This document shows, piece after piece, positions 10,547 through 21,612 of a DNA stretch of 64,000 nucleotides. Position numbers and translations under genes: made by a program. This DNA comes from a virus: positions 64,001 through 128,000 of IMG/VR virus record IMGVR_UViG_3300033153_008203; one strand, given 5' to 3'. A model generated the notes under the pieces. It was not told the origin of the DNA and searched no databases. It saw nothing but the letters and a program-made list of their open reading frames with translations. Within the stretch, counting starts at the first letter, position 1. Each line of letters opens with the position of its first letter.

Positions 10547-12652
10547 TTATGCAAATGGAATTGCGCTCCACGTTTCTGATTTAGGATATGCCACACTACC
10601 ATTTGTCGCTGTGACATAAACATAATAAGTTCTATTGTTTATAAGAGAATCTACAGTATAACTCTCTGCTGAGATAGGACTAACATTGTGCTTAGTAAAT
10701 GTGCCGTTACGTGAGCTACCAACATATACATCATATGTATAGCTTGCTCCTAAATCACTCCACGATAAGTCTATAACCGTATCTCCTGGTATAAATGATA
10801 ACACATCTACCACATTTCCATAGTACCTCACAGCGACATATGTTCCTAGAGCTACATGTCTTTCTGCTATTTTTTGAACTTCTTCTTTTTCAAATGCTCC
10901 ACCATAATCAGTTAGTATTGTATGTGGCAGCTTTACAAGAACCATTGAACTAGTGTTGTGAGGTTGTCCATCCCAATGTCCAATGTCCTCAAACCATTTT
11001 ATCTCTGGATGATCTTCAGCAGCGTGCTCTATATCGTAATCTTCTCTCAATCCTCCGCCTTTCAATCTAATATCTACAGAAGAGAGATCGTCATTTTTAT
11101 ATGCATCTGTCGTACTTACTTCTCCAAGAAGAAGATAATGCGTAGATTGAGTGTCTTCTCCAGCAGTAGTGTATCTCTCTATGAAGTTATCAGTTCCTTT
11201 ATCATAGTCTAATATTCCTTCTATGGATGTAGCAAGATCTATGTTCCCGTCTCCACCTCTTTGGCTGCAATAAACTATTTTTCCAATATCATCTACCTTA
11301 ACGTAATACAGCGCTCTTTCTCTATCTGGATTTGTAGGACCCTCTGGAATAATATAAAACATATACTTATAGTCAGAAGAGCCAAAGTTGCTAATCGGAT
11401 TAATATTTAAACTAGTCATTGCATAACTGTCTTCTGTATAGTAATATGTAGCTATTACTTTGTAACTAAACTTAAGCTGAGCGTTTAGTTTTATAAAGCC
11501 GCCCTTCTCATCAAAGCTATGTATAAGAGCATTGTCCCACTCTACATTATGCGCACCTTCAGAGTCCATAAATTGGGCCCCATCTTTTGATGCTATGGTT
11601 GACGTAGCATAGATTATATTATCATTTTCATCTTTTACTACTATGTCTACGTGTAGACTTTCACCTGAATGTATCCTTAAATTATTATCTGGCGTCTTAA
11701 TTACTCCACCTACAAGTATGTCGCACTCTTGCTCTGCTACGAATCTATATGGCTCATAAGGACTGAACAACTGATCAGAAAACTCTGGAACATTATACCT
11801 ATATAAGGTTCCGCCTATGTTTTTTATGAAGTCTCCATTTGCTGCTCTTACAAACCATATTCTATCTAATGCTTCAGCCTTCGGATACAATAAACTAATC
11901 GCTGATCCAGATTCATACTTTATAGCATAGCTTGCAGTTCCTGGTAGCGTTAAAGAGTATCCGCCGGTTGTGTCGTAGTTTAGTATGTATTTTTTTACAC
12001 CTGGTTTTAGGTTTCCAAAAGTATCTATATCATCAAACCCAGCTTCACTATATATCTCTTCTGAATTAAGCATTACGTCAACACTTGTAGAGTCGTCTAG
12101 AATATATCTAGCATAGTATAACTCTAGCTCACCTGACACTTCATCATACGTATTCCTTAAGTTAGTATATAAAGAGTCTAAGCTTAGGTCTTTTGAAAAT
12201 AAATTAGCATTTACCGGGACATAATTCTTGTCTAAAATATCACAGTCAACTACTTCTGAACCGTTATATGACCCTGGAACCTTGTGTACAAAGTACAACG
12301 GTTCTGCTGGCTTTGTTGGGTTAGAGTCAGTAAAAATATCAGAGACAAGAAACATCGTAGATATAATGTCGTCATATGTTGGACCTGAAAACACGATGTT
12401 TAATGTTGATATTGATCTTGATAAAGAGTTCTCGCTCATAAGATAGCTCTTATCTATAATAGATATATTATCTGCGATATCTTTTGCAGGTATATACAAG
12501 TACGATATCGGTATATCTGAGCCATCAATATTATTACTGACCCTTATATCAGATATATCTTTCCTTATGAGTTGACGAGTATCTATATCGTCAATCCTTT
12601 CTATTCCAGAGATATCAAATGAACTATTAAGTGTAGATATATTTATATGCAT
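10547..12652 (-). CDS. Baseplate-associated protein with C-terminal fibronectin type III domain
   Basis: 701 aa. C-terminal FN3 signature (PGDTVIDLSW...YDVYV...YTVDSLINNRTYYVYVTATN); 'DIRLKGGGL...DIGHWDGQ' segment. Confidence 0.6.
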   Translation of the reverse strand: MHINISTLNSSFDISGIERIDDIDTRQLIRKDISDIRVSNNIDGSDIPISYLYIPAKDIADNISIIDKSYLMSENSLSRSISTLNIVFSGPTYDDIISTMFLVSDIFTDSNPTKPAEPLYFVHKVPGSYNGSEVVDCDILDKNYVPVNANLFSKDLSLDSLYTNLRNTYDEVSGELELYYARYILDDSTSVDVMLNSEEIYSEAGFDDIDTFGNLKPGVKKYILNYDTTGGYSLTLPGTASYAIKYESGSAISLLYPKAEALDRIWFVRAANGDFIKNIGGTLYRYNVPEFSDQLFSPYEPYRFVAEQECDILVGGVIKTPDNNLRIHSGESLHVDIVVKDENDNIIYATSTIASKDGAQFMDSEGAHNVEWDNALIHSFDEKGGFIKLNAQLKFSYKVIATYYYTEDSYAMTSLNINPISNFGSSDYKYMFYIIPEGPTNPDRERALYYVKVDDIGKIVYCSQRGGDGNIDLATSIEGILDYDKGTDNFIERYTTAGEDTQSTHYLLLGEVSTTDAYKNDDLSSVDIRLKGGGLREDYDIEHAAEDHPEIKWFEDIGHWDGQPHNTSSMVLVKLPHTILTDYGGAFEKEEVQKIAERHVALGTYVAVRYYGNVVDVLSFIPGDTVIDLSWSDLGASYTYDVYVGSSRNGTFTKHNVSPISAESYTVDSLINNRTYYVYVTATNGSVAYPKSETWSAIPFA

Positions 12653-12673
12653 TATATATGTTCCGTATTCTTA

Positions 12674-15073
12674 TTATAGTAAGATAGTCTTGTATAGTCC
12701 TTCCCCACCATCTCCTCCACCATAGTCTCCTGACACAGGAGTAGAAGTGCCGCCAGCTCCACCAGTAACATCTATTGTCGATCCTGCAGTGTCAATGCTA
12801 TTCCCTATCAACACTACGCCTCCACCTCCACCTGCACCTGTTCCACCTACTTGTGAAGATGCATCTCTTCCATCCTCACCACTTACATCGATACTTCCTT
12901 CTATTATAATATTGCTAGCTTTTATTAGTACGAGTGCACCGCCTCTTTCACCCCAGTAAAAAGATGAAGCCTTAGATGCATTACCGCCTCCTCCAGCTCC
13001 ACCTATAAAATGCAAAAATGGGTCGTCCTGAAATAGGTTTTGAGTTCCTATCGAAAAAGTATCGCCAGGATTTCCATTTCCACTAGTACTTCTATTGCCG
13101 CCACTAACCGTATCACTTGTAGTGTAGTCGGGGCTCGCATAATCTAATATATTAATAGTGGAGGATGCTCCAGAAGAGCCATTATTAATTCCACCTTGTG
13201 TCCTTCCTGCACCACCACCAGATCCACCAAGTTGGCCATAAGCAGCACCTTGAGTGTTGCTATAGCCTCCTCGTGATCCTACTCCAGACCCATCAATAGA
13301 ACCTCCTGATTTAAGCCAAAATGTGCCACGACATAGAATAACTATAAAACCATATGTGCCTTTTCCGCTTGGATGATTAACAATATCATTAGGCACGGTT
13401 ATACTTCCTCCGCTTTCTATTGTTAAGTTGTTATACATAGCCCAACCACCAAAACTCTGTGCGGATGAAATTGTAGTGTTAGCCACACCATGACCTAACC
13501 AGTAAGTCATCTTATAGTCATAGTATTGGTTTGACGAAGTTGTTGAATGACTGTGGAGCGATGTTGTACCTGCTCCAACCAGCTCATTTAGTTGGTCCCC
13601 TGTTGCTGTTATAACTGTGCCGCTATTAAGACTTTTATTTGTTAACGTCTGAGTATCACTAGTTCCAACTATTGTTCCTGATGGTGCATGCTGACCATCT
13701 AATGTATCTGCATCTAAACCATTACCAGACCCGGTATTCAATACTGCATTAGGAAACTTATCGCCAGCACTAAGAGGATAAAGGTTTCCATCCGTTGCTA
13801 CTGATGATGCAGGGATATCGCTTGTACCATCATTTGCGTCGGTTACATATTGTGCCTGCTTACCAGTCAATGCATCTGGAATAGAGTTAAGACCAAGTGT
13901 CTCATATACTGTATCACCTGAATCTCTGAAGACTATCTCACCAGAAAGAGCCTTAATCATTATGTCTGGACCACCAGCATCATATATAAGAGGCTCTACC
14001 AATGTTTTGTTTTGAAGTGTCTGTTCGTCATCTACACCAACTATGGCGCTAATCACTCCGTGTGCAACAGCCGCATCTGATCCAAGTAAATCAGTATGAC
14101 TTAAGAATTCGCTTAGATTATCATTGTGCTTGTGAGACATTAGATAGTTTCTCAAGTACTCTAGTGTCTTAGAGACTCTAGTTCCTGCACAGATAACAGA
14201 ATACCTGTTTGGCTCTGATGCAGATATTGCTAGATCTACGCCTTCGACATAGAATGTTGCCAATGATGATCCTGGCGCTCCTATCTTCTTAAACGTCAGA
14301 CCTTCAATTATACTGTTTGCTCTTTGTCCTCCGCCTCCAACATGATCCCATACATATATGTACCCTGCTGGAATCTCTGCATTATCTAAAAGAGAATCAA
14401 GTTCTCCTGGAATTAATAGTTGTTGTCCATAATTTTTACTTGGCCCATCTCCGTTAACAGTTGGCAATGTTATCTGGCTACCATCACCACTAACAATTAC
14501 TGTACATCTTACTGTTTGTGCTGGGTCTGGCATTACATTGTATGTGGCACCTGAATAAGAATCTGCGACAGTCGTATAGTCGTAGGATGCTGTATGATCT
14601 GAGCCTGTAAGAGAGAACGTATGGACTAATCCATTTGCCTCTATAAAATAATCCCCGGTAGCGACTACGAGACCTAATGTAGTTACAAGCGTATCAAATA
14701 CTCCAGTAGGATTAGCGAATACAATTTCAGCTTTTACAGCAGGATTGTCTGGAGCATTATTCAAAGCAAATATCTTTTTACCTTCTGGTACTGCTTCACC
14801 GGTAACAGATAGCTCATTGCCACCTAAAGAGTTAGGATTAAGACTAGACATGCTCCCTATTGCTCTTGCTATATTAGCAATGTGATTTGGATCAGAATCT
14901 AATGGTCCTCCAGTTTCAGAGCTTTGATTCCATACGTCTCCAATTGCTCTTTCAATAACATTCATGGCATTGGCAACCTGATCAAACGAGCTCTCTATTT
15001 TATTTGATGTTGGAGATTCACCGTCCTCAAACGTTATGTTTATCGGTGTCAACTCTTTTAATTTATCTGACAT
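12674..15073 (-). CDS. Tail fibre protein with Gly-rich C-terminal domain
   Basis: 799 aa. Fibre motifs GSGNGLDADTLDGQH and IVGTSDTQTLTNKSL (a similar copy at IVGVDDEQTLQNKTL). Gly-rich C-terminus (GGAGGGG, GAGGGGGVVL). Confidence 0.7.
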   Translation of the reverse strand: MSDKLKELTPINITFEDGESPTSNKIESSFDQVANAMNVIERAIGDVWNQSSETGGPLDSDPNHIANIARAIGSMSSLNPNSLGGNELSVTGEAVPEGKKIFALNNAPDNPAVKAEIVFANPTGVFDTLVTTLGLVVATGDYFIEANGLVHTFSLTGSDHTASYDYTTVADSYSGATYNVMPDPAQTVRCTVIVSGDGSQITLPTVNGDGPSKNYGQQLLIPGELDSLLDNAEIPAGYIYVWDHVGGGGQRANSIIEGLTFKKIGAPGSSLATFYVEGVDLAISASEPNRYSVICAGTRVSKTLEYLRNYLMSHKHNDNLSEFLSHTDLLGSDAAVAHGVISAIVGVDDEQTLQNKTLVEPLIYDAGGPDIMIKALSGEIVFRDSGDTVYETLGLNSIPDALTGKQAQYVTDANDGTSDIPASSVATDGNLYPLSAGDKFPNAVLNTGSGNGLDADTLDGQHAPSGTIVGTSDTQTLTNKSLNSGTVITATGDQLNELVGAGTTSLHSHSTTSSNQYYDYKMTYWLGHGVANTTISSAQSFGGWAMYNNLTIESGGSITVPNDIVNHPSGKGTYGFIVILCRGTFWLKSGGSIDGSGVGSRGGYSNTQGAAYGQLGGSGGGAGRTQGGINNGSSGASSTINILDYASPDYTTSDTVSGGNRSTSGNGNPGDTFSIGTQNLFQDDPFLHFIGGAGGGGNASKASSFYWGERGGALVLIKASNIIIEGSIDVSGEDGRDASSQVGGTGAGGGGGVVLIGNSIDTAGSTIDVTGGAGGTSTPVSGDYGGGDGGEGLYKTILL

Positions 15074-15083
15074 TATTTTCTCC

Positions 15084-17087
15084 TTACACGTTTATGTAGA
15101 ATTGACTTCCTATCTGAGAACTCTCAATAGGATTGATAGTCAAGAACGTTCCAGTTCCTATGCTTGATGCAGCAAATGTATGCTCATCAGCCAACCTAAA
15201 ACCATAATACACATAGTTGTTCAAATGATCTACAAATGTTCCTGTTAAGTGTAGAGGCATCTGAACTTTAATTCCAACAGGTATTGCTTGTACCGTTGAC
15301 CTGTGCAATTCATTCTTACCTGTTATACTTATATCAATAAGTTTTCCAGTAGTGACCCTATATCCTAGGACATCTCCTCCAATTGGATCTAATTCAACAG
15401 GATACGTCAATGTATCGCCTGCAACTGTTGTTGGTCTTAAAGGAATATTCCCGCCAGTCTTAAAGTAATACTCATGCAACGGGTTATCTAATGCAGCTCT
15501 CGGGCTTCCAGCCTCTAGCCAATCTTGATACTTGTTTGGATCAACTGCATCGGGATCATAAGTGTAAACCATTACAAGCCTAGTACCACCTATTCCTGAG
15601 TCTTGCGTTTTTATTTGAAACAAGCTTACGTCTTCAGAACCAACAACACCATATACAGACTCGTCAAGAAACAGCTGCTTCTGATCTCCTGACAAGTTAG
15701 TAGTCTCCTGACTAACAGAATCCAAAGATGAGGATGACCCAGCAATTGCATATGCGTATCCATTAAAATCTGTTATTGAAGTAACAGGTCCGCTCTGTCC
15801 ATTTAGATTGCCGAAGTCTCCAGATGCAATATCAAATGTTATCTCCACATCTGATATAGGCTGATTACTTATATTGAAAGCTCTAGCAGTTATCGTTGCA
15901 TAATCTCCGCCTATATACATTGGACCGTATAGCCCTACACCTAATGACGGCTTATTAACTGTTACCTCTATTCTTGCTAAAAAGTTGTCTCGCTCTGATA
16001 GCAACAGGAACCCTCTATTAGTTCCAAGCCTTAATGGGTTAACATCTATATCAGAAAGCTTATCATCAGAACTAGATACAGGCTCGTACTCTATTCTTGC
16101 CGTCTTTTCATACGTTATGTATATCTTGCTTAAAAGAGGAGGAATAGCTCCATAATTATCTTCATCTCCGAAAAAGACGAAACCAGTATCGTAGTCAAGT
16201 TCAACTGACTTTTCACCAGGTGCCACATCCTCTATATTGCTAACTACTGTCCACTCTTCAAAGCTGTTATCAGATGTATTCAATACGTATATTTTTGCGC
16301 TATCCTTATTTAAAGGAAACAGCCCTGTTGTAAATATTAAATCTGGCTTTTCAGAACTTTCACCTATCAGTTCACATGACAAAACATCATCAAGAGTTGG
16401 GCTTCCAGAAGATGTTCCAACCCTTTCAATAAAGATCTTATTAAAGATAAACTTACTGTTGTCTCTGTCTATAATAAACTCGTTCTTTAATGTGTCTACA
16501 TTTGCCCATATAATGTCGCCATTTGAGTCTTCAGTTGACAACACTTCTCCATCTTGGATCAGCCCAGAAAAAGTATTCCTTTGTCTGATTCTCGTATCAA
16601 TTGAATGTATTCCTTCTACATCGCTTCTCATGTATACGTTTGCAGATACAGGTATAAAATCTTTTAGCTTAAGCTCATAGTTGTACACGTTTACGGTATT
16701 GCCATTTACATCTTCTGATTCTGACAACTTATCATTAATAGACTCGTGACTATACAAGTACCTTTCATTGTAATGCCTATAATAGTGTCCGTGATGGATT
16801 AACGGATTCCATTCGTAATTATTATTTACTCTTCTAAGCTCAACTCCATTGAACTTTAAGTCATCTCCATGGCCTATTCCAGACTGGAATCTGTCATAGT
16901 TGATTCCTCCTCTAGATGGATCCCATAGAACAGGAAAATAAGATGCCGCTTTTTCTTCGTCTCCACTAGGCCACACTCTTTCGTCCCAGTTGAATCCGCC
17001 TATTTCGCTTATATCAGCATACGGTGACAACTTTCCAGAATTAACTATAACCTGTCTTGTGTCAATGGTGATTGATCCTATTGCCAT
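15084..17087 (-). CDS. Baseplate protein with Ig-like (Big_1-type) domain
   Basis: 667 aa. 'TITARAFNISNQPISDVEITF...TDFNGYAYA' Ig-like motif; 'LDYDTGFVFFGD...GAIPP' wedge-type motif. Confidence 0.55.
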   Translation of the reverse strand: MAIGSITIDTRQVIVNSGKLSPYADISEIGGFNWDERVWPSGDEEKAASYFPVLWDPSRGGINYDRFQSGIGHGDDLKFNGVELRRVNNNYEWNPLIHHGHYYRHYNERYLYSHESINDKLSESEDVNGNTVNVYNYELKLKDFIPVSANVYMRSDVEGIHSIDTRIRQRNTFSGLIQDGEVLSTEDSNGDIIWANVDTLKNEFIIDRDNSKFIFNKIFIERVGTSSGSPTLDDVLSCELIGESSEKPDLIFTTGLFPLNKDSAKIYVLNTSDNSFEEWTVVSNIEDVAPGEKSVELDYDTGFVFFGDEDNYGAIPPLLSKIYITYEKTARIEYEPVSSSDDKLSDIDVNPLRLGTNRGFLLLSERDNFLARIEVTVNKPSLGVGLYGPMYIGGDYATITARAFNISNQPISDVEITFDIASGDFGNLNGQSGPVTSITDFNGYAYAIAGSSSSLDSVSQETTNLSGDQKQLFLDESVYGVVGSEDVSLFQIKTQDSGIGGTRLVMVYTYDPDAVDPNKYQDWLEAGSPRAALDNPLHEYYFKTGGNIPLRPTTVAGDTLTYPVELDPIGGDVLGYRVTTGKLIDISITGKNELHRSTVQAIPVGIKVQMPLHLTGTFVDHLNNYVYYGFRLADEHTFAASSIGTGTFLTINPIESSQIGSQFYINV

Positions 17088-17971
17088 TATTTACCCCAGT
17101 ATAAACCTTTCTTTTTCATTGATTCTCTGACCAAGTCAATATAGTCTGAGCTAGGCAGACTTCCATATTGTGTTCCATCAGGCGCTATATATTGATCTAA
17201 AAACCTGTCTTGCATAACAGGATCATTTACGTCTTTTATGATGGTTGTACTAGCTCTAAGAGTAAACGGTATGTCAATATACTTGTAGCTTATTGCTCCA
17301 CTTCCAGAAGGGACTGACTTAACCGATACCTTTCCAGTAGCATAGTTTATATAGTAATCTCCTGGCTCCATTAAAGAGATGTTAGGGGACACTACCTTTC
17401 TGTAGAATACGCTAATGTCTGAGAAGCTAACAGTTCCTTCTATGATATTAGAGTACTGCAAATAGAATGTATTTGACGATGGTATGTCCTCGCTAAATAC
17501 TTCTACACTACTATCCTGATGTGTCAAGACCAATGACTCCTCATATGCTTTCGTGTAATCTAACAGTGTTGCACTAAAGTATGTGCTAGCATTGATTGCA
17601 GTAACAACATCAGACAAGGTTCTCTGATACGTACTAGCATTCTTATTATACAATTCAATAGTCACATCAACAACCCCTGTTAAATAGTCTTCATATAACA
17701 CTAGTGTTGCATGATCTACTTCTATCATAGGCACGTACCCTTCTGACACAGGAGTAGAATTAGTTATTGTTATTGCATCATATATGCTTAAGCCTAGTTC
17801 TCTGCTTATGCCATTCAGCAATCCAGAATAAGATGAGTTTGATTTATTTACTCCTACATCAAGCAGTCTTTGTTTGTATATTTTATTCGGCTCTCCTTTA
17901 AGTCTTGGAAGCCCTAACAAAACGCCATGCTCATCTAAGCTATTAAATATATTTTTTACTTTTTGTTCCAT
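17087..17971 (-). CDS. Baseplate wedge protein (P2 gpI-like N-terminus)
   Basis: N-terminal LDEHGVLLGLPRLKGEPNKIYKQRL matches the LD..G...G..R..GE.D..YR.R motif of baseplate I/J-family proteins. Confidence 0.6.
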   Translation of the reverse strand: MEQKVKNIFNSLDEHGVLLGLPRLKGEPNKIYKQRLLDVGVNKSNSSYSGLLNGISRELGLSIYDAITITNSTPVSEGYVPMIEVDHATLVLYEDYLTGVVDVTIELYNKNASTYQRTLSDVVTAINASTYFSATLLDYTKAYEESLVLTHQDSSVEVFSEDIPSSNTFYLQYSNIIEGTVSFSDISVFYRKVVSPNISLMEPGDYYINYATGKVSVKSVPSGSGAISYKYIDIPFTLRASTTIIKDVNDPVMQDRFLDQYIAPDGTQYGSLPSSDYIDLVRESMKKKGLYWGK

Positions 17972-19602
17972 TAGTATGCCACGTCTATAGAGAAGTACTC
18001 TTCTCTTGTGTATAGTATTTTGCTTTCTATGTCTAGCATAGCTGTATCATAGTGTAGGTAAACTTTATGAACCACATCAGATGAGCTTGAGTCAAGGATG
18101 CACAGCTCATAATCAGAGTTAAACGCTATGCCTGTAACATTCGAGATACCATGTTCTAATTCTACTAACGGAGAGATCGTCCTTATAACAAGAATTCTTT
18201 TGTCAACGTCTACAGACCCATCAAGATATTCTATGCTTAGAGTCCACACATACTCTCCTGTGTCTGCAATCGTGTAGTCAAGTGCTCTGTGATAGAAGTT
18301 GTTTGGATCTGAGGTTTCATAAGGATTCTTATTCCATCCACTGTAGTCTCCGTCTATTATATATGCTTGCTCTACAAAGCTTCCACCACTATATACGAAT
18401 GTTGCTCTGCTTCCATCAGGCTTTTCTAGATCCCACTTATACTTGATTATACGTTTAGTATTCCTTTGCCTTTCTGGCTTCAGTTCTACTGTATCTCCTT
18501 CTAATGCATACTCATTGTTTATGAATATGTATACTTCTGAGTCTGATGTTTTACCAGCAAGCTTACTATGGTCTATTGCAACTTGCCTTGTATCATAAGC
18601 GATTATCTTTGTATCAGTTAATACGAAGTATCTTGTTGCATCAGGTTGAATTGCTATATCAAGTATACCAGTTATGTCTGACTCTAATGAGTCTAGTAGC
18701 TTAACTTTATTAACTTCATGTTTAGTATCTATCCCTACTAATAGGTCTTGAACCGTACTTGCAGTAACTACTTTATATTTTATAAATGATTTTCCGCCAA
18801 CTTCCTCATAACTAAGATATAGTGTTTTATCGGTATTAAACTCATCAATATATCTTTCGCTATCATATTGGTAATCGTCGTAGTTAAAGTTTATTGCATC
18901 TACTTTTATCGTTGCTGAACTTGGCCCAATATTAACCGTATGTATAGTTGATATTGTTCTCCACTCTTTAAGCGTAATTACTGTAGAATTGTATACAAAT
19001 GGAATAATCTCTGTATCGTAAGTGCCTCTTCTGTTAGTTCCAGAAATCTTTATGTATCCTTGTTCTTTAGTATCAACATGAGAAAACTCTGTTCCATCTT
19101 GAATCGTAACAAAAAGATATCCTGGCTCATAGATATCGTTAAAAGAAGAAAACTCTTCTACTCCTATCTCAGACTCGCTCAACACGGTCTGGTAATTCAG
19201 AGTAACAGGATCAACTGTGAGTCTTGTTGGGACCGCATCATACCAGAAATCCTCTATTGAGTTTGTATCAGATATGTCTACTTGTGTCTGTGAATCTCCT
19301 TCGTTGATTACCACATTTATGGCTGGTTGCAAAAGCTTTGGGATTCTAAAATCAGAGTTATCATATTGAAACTCAAATCCTTGTCCTAATCTAGTCTCAT
19401 ATAAAACATCGACTTCTGAAAGACTAACTGTATTAATAAATCTGCCTCTCAGCGCTATGCCTGCCTTTTTTATTATATCGTCAAATTCAGATGCAGGTGC
19501 ACCCATCAGCTGCTGAAAAAGGCTCTGCTTATCTTGCCTTGCGCGTGACCACGATGGCATATAGTTTGCAAACTTTTGTGTTATGTGTGAGTAGTAACTC
19601 AA
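17971..19602 (-). CDS. Baseplate wedge-associated protein
   Basis: 543 aa, TTG start directly after the baseplate J stop. N-terminal 'YMPSW' typical of wedge subunits; PKD/Ig-like segment (YKWDLEKPDG...GEYVWTL). Confidence 0.5.
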   Translation of the reverse strand: MSYYSHITQKFANYMPSWSRARQDKQSLFQQLMGAPASEFDDIIKKAGIALRGRFINTVSLSEVDVLYETRLGQGFEFQYDNSDFRIPKLLQPAINVVINEGDSQTQVDISDTNSIEDFWYDAVPTRLTVDPVTLNYQTVLSESEIGVEEFSSFNDIYEPGYLFVTIQDGTEFSHVDTKEQGYIKISGTNRRGTYDTEIIPFVYNSTVITLKEWRTISTIHTVNIGPSSATIKVDAINFNYDDYQYDSERYIDEFNTDKTLYLSYEEVGGKSFIKYKVVTASTVQDLLVGIDTKHEVNKVKLLDSLESDITGILDIAIQPDATRYFVLTDTKIIAYDTRQVAIDHSKLAGKTSDSEVYIFINNEYALEGDTVELKPERQRNTKRIIKYKWDLEKPDGSRATFVYSGGSFVEQAYIIDGDYSGWNKNPYETSDPNNFYHRALDYTIADTGEYVWTLSIEYLDGSVDVDKRILVIRTISPLVELEHGISNVTGIAFNSDYELCILDSSSSDVVHKVYLHYDTAMLDIESKILYTREEYFSIDVAY

Positions 19603-20832
19603 TTATACACTCCTAACAGTAATGGGTGACTGGATCGATTGTTCTACTATTACTCTTTCATCAGAGAATGCTATATAGTCACTGATTAGCGTTTGTCTTG
19701 TTCTGTTATCTGCTATTCTAGAGTCCCTATATATAAACAAGCTATCAAAAGGCTTGCCTGTTCTTCCTATGTTTTTAATTTCTTCGCTTATATTAAGTAT
19801 TCTACTGACAAGTTCCTGATTAACAAACTCTTCGCCTATATCTAAATTATTAATATATGAAATTATCTCGTCTTCGACTAGCGCTTCAATGGCAGTTTTC
19901 TGGTCAGCTGTTATTGCAGAACGATAATTTATAGAGACTGACACTTCCATACCTACGTATTTTGGGGCACGTACCACTGCACTATTCCCGAGAGACTTCA
20001 CTCTATCAATAATCTCCTGAACTTTATCAAGTAGTGCACTTGAAACAGTAGGGTAGATAGACTTAACATATACAGAAAAGCTACCTGAACCCCTATCATA
20101 AGGTACAACAGATACGTCTGCAACCCCTGCAACTCCAAGTGCTGCTAGTGTTATCGCTGTTAGATTTGCAGTTTCTGATCCTACTACAGCATTGCTTATT
20201 CTATATCTATAGTTTGTGTCTATCTCTCTATCAGTTCCTCCTGCAATACCACTAACATTTGTTACCTTAAGTGCGTCATTTTGATATCCTGTATACCCTG
20301 TAAAGTTATGAGTATTAATTGCGCCGGCACCAACTGACGCCCTAGATCCTGCGCTCCTACTTATAGCTGACGCATATACCTCAGTTGCTGTTGTGCCAAG
20401 CTCTACATCTTCATAGGTAATGTACTCTATTGTTGTAGTAATTCCTGCTATTGTAGACTCTGCTGCAAGCACTGTTCCCTTAGAGACTATTACCGGTACT
20501 CCACCAGTTATGTCGCCAAACGTTCCAGATATCACATAGAACTTTATGTTACCGTGTGATGCATCTGTATTTGCCTTTTGCGCTTCTTTTCTAACAACCC
20601 CAACCAGTTCACCGATTAAGTCTAGATTGTCTCCAGATGCAGTACGCACAAATGCTTCAGCAATCTCAAGATCGAAACTTTCAGCAAGTCTGCCATGCTC
20701 ATTTGCCATGAGCTCAAGTATTGCTCTAGCTTTTCCACCAGGAGTTGTTTGAGTTATACCTGTAGTGTTGTTTAATATGTCTAATGAATTTTGGAGCGCA
20801 GTGTCTGCGTTATGGTAATTTGATATTGGCAT
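19603..20832 (-). CDS. Baseplate J-like wedge protein
   Basis: TASGDNLDLIGELVGVVRK, VTNVSGIAGGTDREIDTNYRYRI and ALGVAGVADV are canonical Baseplate_J motifs. Confidence 0.88.
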   Translation of the reverse strand: MPISNYHNADTALQNSLDILNNTTGITQTTPGGKARAILELMANEHGRLAESFDLEIAEAFVRTASGDNLDLIGELVGVVRKEAQKANTDASHGNIKFYVISGTFGDITGGVPVIVSKGTVLAAESTIAGITTTIEYITYEDVELGTTATEVYASAISRSAGSRASVGAGAINTHNFTGYTGYQNDALKVTNVSGIAGGTDREIDTNYRYRISNAVVGSETANLTAITLAALGVAGVADVSVVPYDRGSGSFSVYVKSIYPTVSSALLDKVQEIIDRVKSLGNSAVVRAPKYVGMEVSVSINYRSAITADQKTAIEALVEDEIISYINNLDIGEEFVNQELVSRILNISEEIKNIGRTGKPFDSLFIYRDSRIADNRTRQTLISDYIAFSDERVIVEQSIQSPITVRSV

Positions 20833-20840
20833 CTGTTCTC

Positions 20841-21278
20841 CTAGTATACTGTAAGCTTATGATTGTCTATGTCGAGTAACAATGTAACCTGAACTTCGCT
20901 TGTGTATCCGTTCTCTGGAGTTGCATCAACATTGATCTCTAAAATGTACATTAATGCATCTTTTGCTACTGGAACATACTTAATATTAACATCTTCTGCA
21001 CTAAGAAAGGCCCCTATAGTTAGGGCAGTCTTTATCTTTTCTTTTCCTATTTCTGCTGTTTCTCTTGTATTTGGTTCACCAATGATCTCGCTTAATCCTG
21101 CTCCAATCCAGCTATACATTGACCAATCTTGTAAGTCGCTTTTTACTCTATTGTATATTTCTTGCTTAAAAGATAATAGCAAATCAGATTCTGTAGAAGC
21201 TATGTCTCCAGTATTATCTAATGCAAAATCTCCAGCGCTATTAAAAAACAGGTCTATGTCGTCTTTTATTTGTGGCAT
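20841..21278 (-). CDS. Baseplate wedge/sheath initiator (gp25/gpW-like)
   Basis: 145 aa, directly before baseplate J. DLFFNSAGDF...GDI...QEIYNRVKS..DW....IGAGL pattern. Confidence 0.7.
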   Translation of the reverse strand: MPQIKDDIDLFFNSAGDFALDNTGDIASTESDLLLSFKQEIYNRVKSDLQDWSMYSWIGAGLSEIIGEPNTRETAEIGKEKIKTALTIGAFLSAEDVNIKYVPVAKDALMYILEINVDATPENGYTSEVQVTLLLDIDNHKLTVY

Positions 21279-21287
21279 AATTTCTCC

Positions 21288-21611
21288 TTATATTAGTAAC
21301 GTAGAAAGTTGCGCAACCATAAATGTTATGTTTGCAACTCCATTAAGCGGTTGAGAACTGCTCAACACTGGCATTGGAGTAATTATAGTAGATGGAAGAG
21401 TACTTACAATAGAATCATTAAACGTCCACATTCCTGCTATTCTTATATCTGATGGTGAACATACAAAACTATGCTTACCTCCATGATATGTTCCATCTGG
21501 AGTCATCACAATAAAATTTTCTTTTGAGCCTTGCATAGACGCAGACTCCTCTGCTACTGTCATTCCAGCTTGTGCATCCATACTTGCTTTCCATACTTTT
21601 TTTCTAGCCAT
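21288..21611 (-). CDS. Putative baseplate spike-associated protein
   Basis: 107 aa, beta-rich, between the OB-fold gene and the gp25-like gene. Called on position only. Confidence 0.35.
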   Translation of the reverse strand: MARKKVWKASMDAQAGMTVAEESASMQGSKENFIVMTPDGTYHGGKHSFVCSPSDIRIAGMWTFNDSIVSTLPSTIITPMPVLSSSQPLNGVANITFMVAQLSTLLI

Positions 21612-21612
21612 A

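Noticed and set aside
1-15073. Diversity-generating retroelement acting on fibre genes
   Set aside because: No reverse transcriptase and no near-identical template/variable repeat pair seen; the repeats at 1-711 are diverged at the protein level.
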